The translations under genes were made by a program, and so were the position numbers. Below are positions 60,101 to 64,000 of a DNA stretch of 64,000 nucleotides, piece after piece (positions within the stretch are counted from its first letter, which is position 1; every line of letters begins with the position of its first letter). The notes beneath the pieces were generated by a model. The model made no database searches, was not told the DNA's origin, and saw only the letters and a program-made list of their open reading frames with translations. Where the stretch lies: positions 186,001 to 250,000 of the forward strand of contig NW_026250435.1 in NCBI RefSeq assembly GCF_024521635.1, written 5' to 3'. Source of the DNA: Tricharina praecox. Taxonomy: Eukaryota.

Positions 60101-63100
60101 CTAGACTTGTGGAAAAAATCTGGATAATCCGTCGGGCAGAGGCCGAGCCTGAGCATGAGATCAGCTCGAGGTAGGCGAGTGAGTGTTTTTTGCTTTTGTT
60201 TTTTTTTTTTTTTTTTGTATTTGTTTTTTTTTTGTTCAGGTGGTGGGGCAGAGTGGGTAAGGGAGTGGGAATGGGAATGGGAAGGAGGGGCAGAAGGAGG
60301 GGTCTTTGAGATGCGATGAGCTGGAGCTGTCGTTGTGCTGCTGCAAGCGAAGGCAGAGCTCTCGGAGCTGCGAGCTGTGAGCTGCCTGGAATTAACTATG
60401 ATATCATTGCGTCTTCGAGCAGTGATCTGTCTGCTCGACTGCTGTGTACCGGCAGTTGGCGGCGTGTCTCGGTGCACTCTACTTGGCCGAGCAGCGAGCT
60501 TGCTTTTCCAGGGCCCCAACTGCTGCCCATGCACCGCAGTGCCGCACTCCCCCCCTCGCCCACTGCGACCAATCGCCGCTCCGTCTGTCCTCGGTGGCTC
60601 ATATGAAGATTCCGATTCCGGCTGCGTCGACGTCTGCGCAGCAATCGTGACGAGAGCATGCTAGGACGTCGGTGGATGTGCTGCAGGGAACAGCATCAGC
60701 ATGTGCGGTGTTGTGCAGGAGCGAGCTGTGTGGTCTTTTTTCTTTTTCTTTTTCTTTTTCTTTTTCTTTTTCTTCTTTTTCCTATTTTTTTTTCTTTCGC
60801 TGTTGCAGACGAGGCGCGGCCTCCTGCACGCACACACATCTCTAGCTCGACCGCTGCTCGAGATACTTCAGCGACCAGAGCTACTGTAGCTATCAGCGAT
60901 GTGGGCTACCTATGTGGTTGAGTACATAGGGAGCTGGATATATGTACCGAACATCGATATCTGTCAACGTATCGAGTCTTCGGGAGGAAATGGGAGGGAA
61001 ATGGGGGGCCGGCGGCGAGGGGGGGCGGCGGCGGGGGACGGGCAATACGTCACCGACTCCACCTCCTGCCCGAGAAGATATGGCGGGTGGCTGAGCACGA
61101 GTGGCGGAGACGCAGATTGTGATAAGCATTCGGAATTGGACCACTCGTGCGTGTGCTTGATGATGTGCGAGCTCGAGGCGAGAAGGAAGGAAGGAAGGAA
61201 GGAAAAACGCGAGTGAGGGAACGAATGAGGGGACAGGCAGGCAATGCAAGCGTGCGATATTGGGTGGTCCGTGTCGATGTCGGCTGGCCGGATTGACATG
61301 ACATTTAGATTGATAGATAGGCCAGATAGACAGCGTTATGCAGGTGTGATGATAATCGATAGAGAAGTCGCGTTGACAGGGCCGTGCCCGTAGAGTAGAG
61401 TAGGTAGAGTAGAGTGGAGTAGAGTATAGTACCCGTAGGCTCGGTAAAGTCGTTTAGATATTGTAAGCTTCTTTCATGTTTTTCTTTTTTGTGATACTTT
61501 CTGTCCCAGTATTGTTGTTTTTTCTTCCTCAGTTCGATCGCTGTGTTTCAATTTGCTTTTTCCTTGCGTGTGTTTTGTTCCTCCGGCATGGTGCGCGTGT
61601 GATTGTGTGTGTGGTGTGTGGGAGTTTGTGTGGTGTGTGGTGTGTGAGCGTGCAAGTGTCTGAGTGTGTGTGTGTGCGTAATATCATACGGCCTTCGTTT
61701 TCTGCACGTCTATGCACATCGTCTGGGGGCCGGCCGGGCCCAAACTTTTTTCTTTTTCTAGACGAGTTCGAACGTCTGGCGGGCATGCGTGCGTCTGTAC
61801 GTGCTGCGTCCGTGAGCTGGCTGCATGGTATGCGCATGCGGTTATCTGATGATGACGATGATGATGATGTTGATGATCCACACGTCTGCGGCAGCAGCAG
61901 CAGCAAGAGTGCCGGGGGGCGTATGTGTATGTTGTTTTCTTTTATTTCGCCCGCCGCCGTTAGACTGAGCACGTTTTTTTGATGATTCGAAGCGTCGAGG
62001 AAGCCGGCAGAAGTACGTGGACGTTTGCGGGGTGGGGGACGGACGTCGACAAAGGTCTAGACATCAGCCAACCTCGGTAATGTGCGGTGTGCTGGACGTG
62101 GGGTGACCGGCGCATGCGATTGCGGGCGGAGCCTATGCCCGCAATTTTGATTTGTTTTGGTGTGGAGGAAGGCGGTGCATAGGTTTGCACTCGGAGGTGG
62201 GGTGCGGCTGGTGGTGAGTTTTGGTGACGGCGTTGCACAGCAGTGATCCTAAGGTTCGTCAGTACGTACTCGACCAATGGGTCTCTGGAGTCTCCGGTAC
62301 CTCTAACGAAACTCATACCCGTGATTCCAAGATTACAGGATTCGGTTATCTTTAGGTGACACCAATCTCCACACAGTTGTATGGCTAGGTATATCGTAGT
62401 CTCATGGTAAAGAATCAAGCTCGGCAATTAGGAACTTGAGCCTACGTTGAGGAGGCTGATCCAGCGAGTAATGGTGCCTCGATTTTCAGTGCTTCCACCT
62501 CCCTTTCGCCACCAATGTTTTGCCCGCCCGAGTGGTAAAGTGCTGCGGCCGGACACCTTCATACAATGAGGATGTATGGGGCGTTGACCGCCGATTCTGC
62601 CCCGCTAGTCGTACTCAATACCCCATTCGCCGTCGACTGAGATCCACACATCAGCACTCGGCTTCCCAAAAAAGCCCTTAACCCTAAGACCTTCCAGCGT
62701 CATGAGCGATCACACGTGTTGGCTCAAAATTCTCCCCAAGAAAAAAAGAAAAAAAGACGGTGGAGGTATAATACTTACAGGCGCAAAGGAGATGGGTGGT
62801 GTGACAGTCTCGATGTGTCAGTACGCTACTTTTCAGGTAGGGTAGGAAGTAGGACTTCCCAGGGAAACGGGTGCGGGCAGACAGCTCACGGGTTGATCTC
62901 GAGAGAAGCCCGTTATTCTTGCCACCCACACCCGAGGACAATCGTCCGAAGGCTTTTCCTTTGAAATATAAAGGGAGTACTGAGAGAGAGAGAGACCTAA
63001 AATAACGAGAGATAAGTATTTCGTGGAGATGTCTCGGGCGAGCACTCGCACTCGTTCGAGGAGCACCAGCGAATGGACTTCTGATCGATAAGGTAGCGTG

Positions 63101-64000
63101 GAAAAAGATGTATTGGCGGCCTTCCGAGTCAGTGCACCAGTTTTTCGAGGGCTCTTTGCCATTGAATCTCTAGGCCCGACGAGGAAGGAAGCGCACACAG
63201 AGGAGAGATAGGAGATGGGGGGTTGGCCGTCTATTCGATAGATGCTGATCAAGAGAGAAGAGGAAAAAGCAGACGAAGAAGAAACGGCCCCACTGGACCC
63301 ATTCGGACGACCCCGCCATGGCCGCCAACGTTGATGCCCACCACTAACCACATTCGTTTCCTCCCGCCGACAGCTTCTCAATCGCTCTGCCACAGTGGCA
63401 ATCATCGTGAGAGAAGCAGCTGCTGGCTCCTTGGTTTGTTTACGGTTGTCGCCTCGGTGGAGAGCTGAATGGGGCCCGGGAGTCGCAACCTGAATGGGTC
63501 TCACAGGCAATATAACACCTTGGAATCGTGTGACGAGTCGCTTTAGTACCTTACATCGTGTTCCGTTCAACTCTGCGTCAATGGAGCCCGGACAATAAGG
63601 CCCGTTTTACTTGTTCCATGCACGCGGCACTATCGTCTGCAATGCCCCTTTCAATGCCCCTTTCACTCACGTAGCGTGATTGTCTGCAATGTTCCATTCA
63701 ATATCCCATTCACTACACCTGCATATCCACCTTCGTGCTCTGGAGGATGTCGAGTGCAATGCCATGCCCAGCTTTGCAACCCGGGAAAGCATGCTGTCAG
63801 CTGTATGGCTTCGACAGACAGACAGGTTCCGCGTATGTACCCGACGAGACCGTCACTTGTGCGCTCACCATGGCCAGTAGGGTATGTAGACGTTCCGATC
63901 ACGGGGTTTCGAGGGGAAGCCTCCGCAGCTGCCGCACCCGAGCGATGTTGGATAGTGTGGGACCCAGCGGGAACGTTGGTTTGGCGAGGCCGCAAGATGC

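Noticed and set aside
62833..63995. 245-aa and 110-aa minus-strand ORFs and a short imperfect duplication at ~63635-63715
   Set aside because: No recognisable protein or transposon features.

Overview
This is eukaryotic, intron-containing DNA from a filamentous ascomycete (short GT-AG introns with CTRAY branch points; finer taxonomy is not established here). The first ~39 kb is gene-dense. It holds the 3' two-thirds of a TOR kinase, a Harbinger-type Myb/SANT-like gene, a C2H2 zinc-finger gene, a Cys-rich GPI protein, an HSQG alpha/beta-hydrolase-like gene, a signal-less GH76-like gene, 3-hydroxybutyryl-CoA dehydrogenase, a DUF4419-like gene, a non-CFEM PTH11-like receptor and a decayed multi-intron locus built from exon+intron duplications. 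These are followed by a tight run of housekeeping genes: MZM1, SLT11/RBM22, TAD2, TFB2, Aquarius/CWF11 and THOC1/HPR1. The last ~25 kb contains only one recognisable gene, a PAH1/KAL-1-type homeobox transcription factor. It sits inside a ~16 kb upstream and ~7 kb downstream microsatellite-rich gene desert. I found no tRNA, rRNA, CRISPR array or intact transposase. I see no clear-cut novel multi-gene system. The best leads are the orphan Harbinger-derived DNA-binding gene, the duplicated exon-intron cassette at 24.1-25.5 kb, an in-frame alternative acceptor inside the homeodomain, and candidate spliced or orphan minus-strand ORFs flanking the homeobox gene. All family assignments come from motif recognition by eye, not from database searches.
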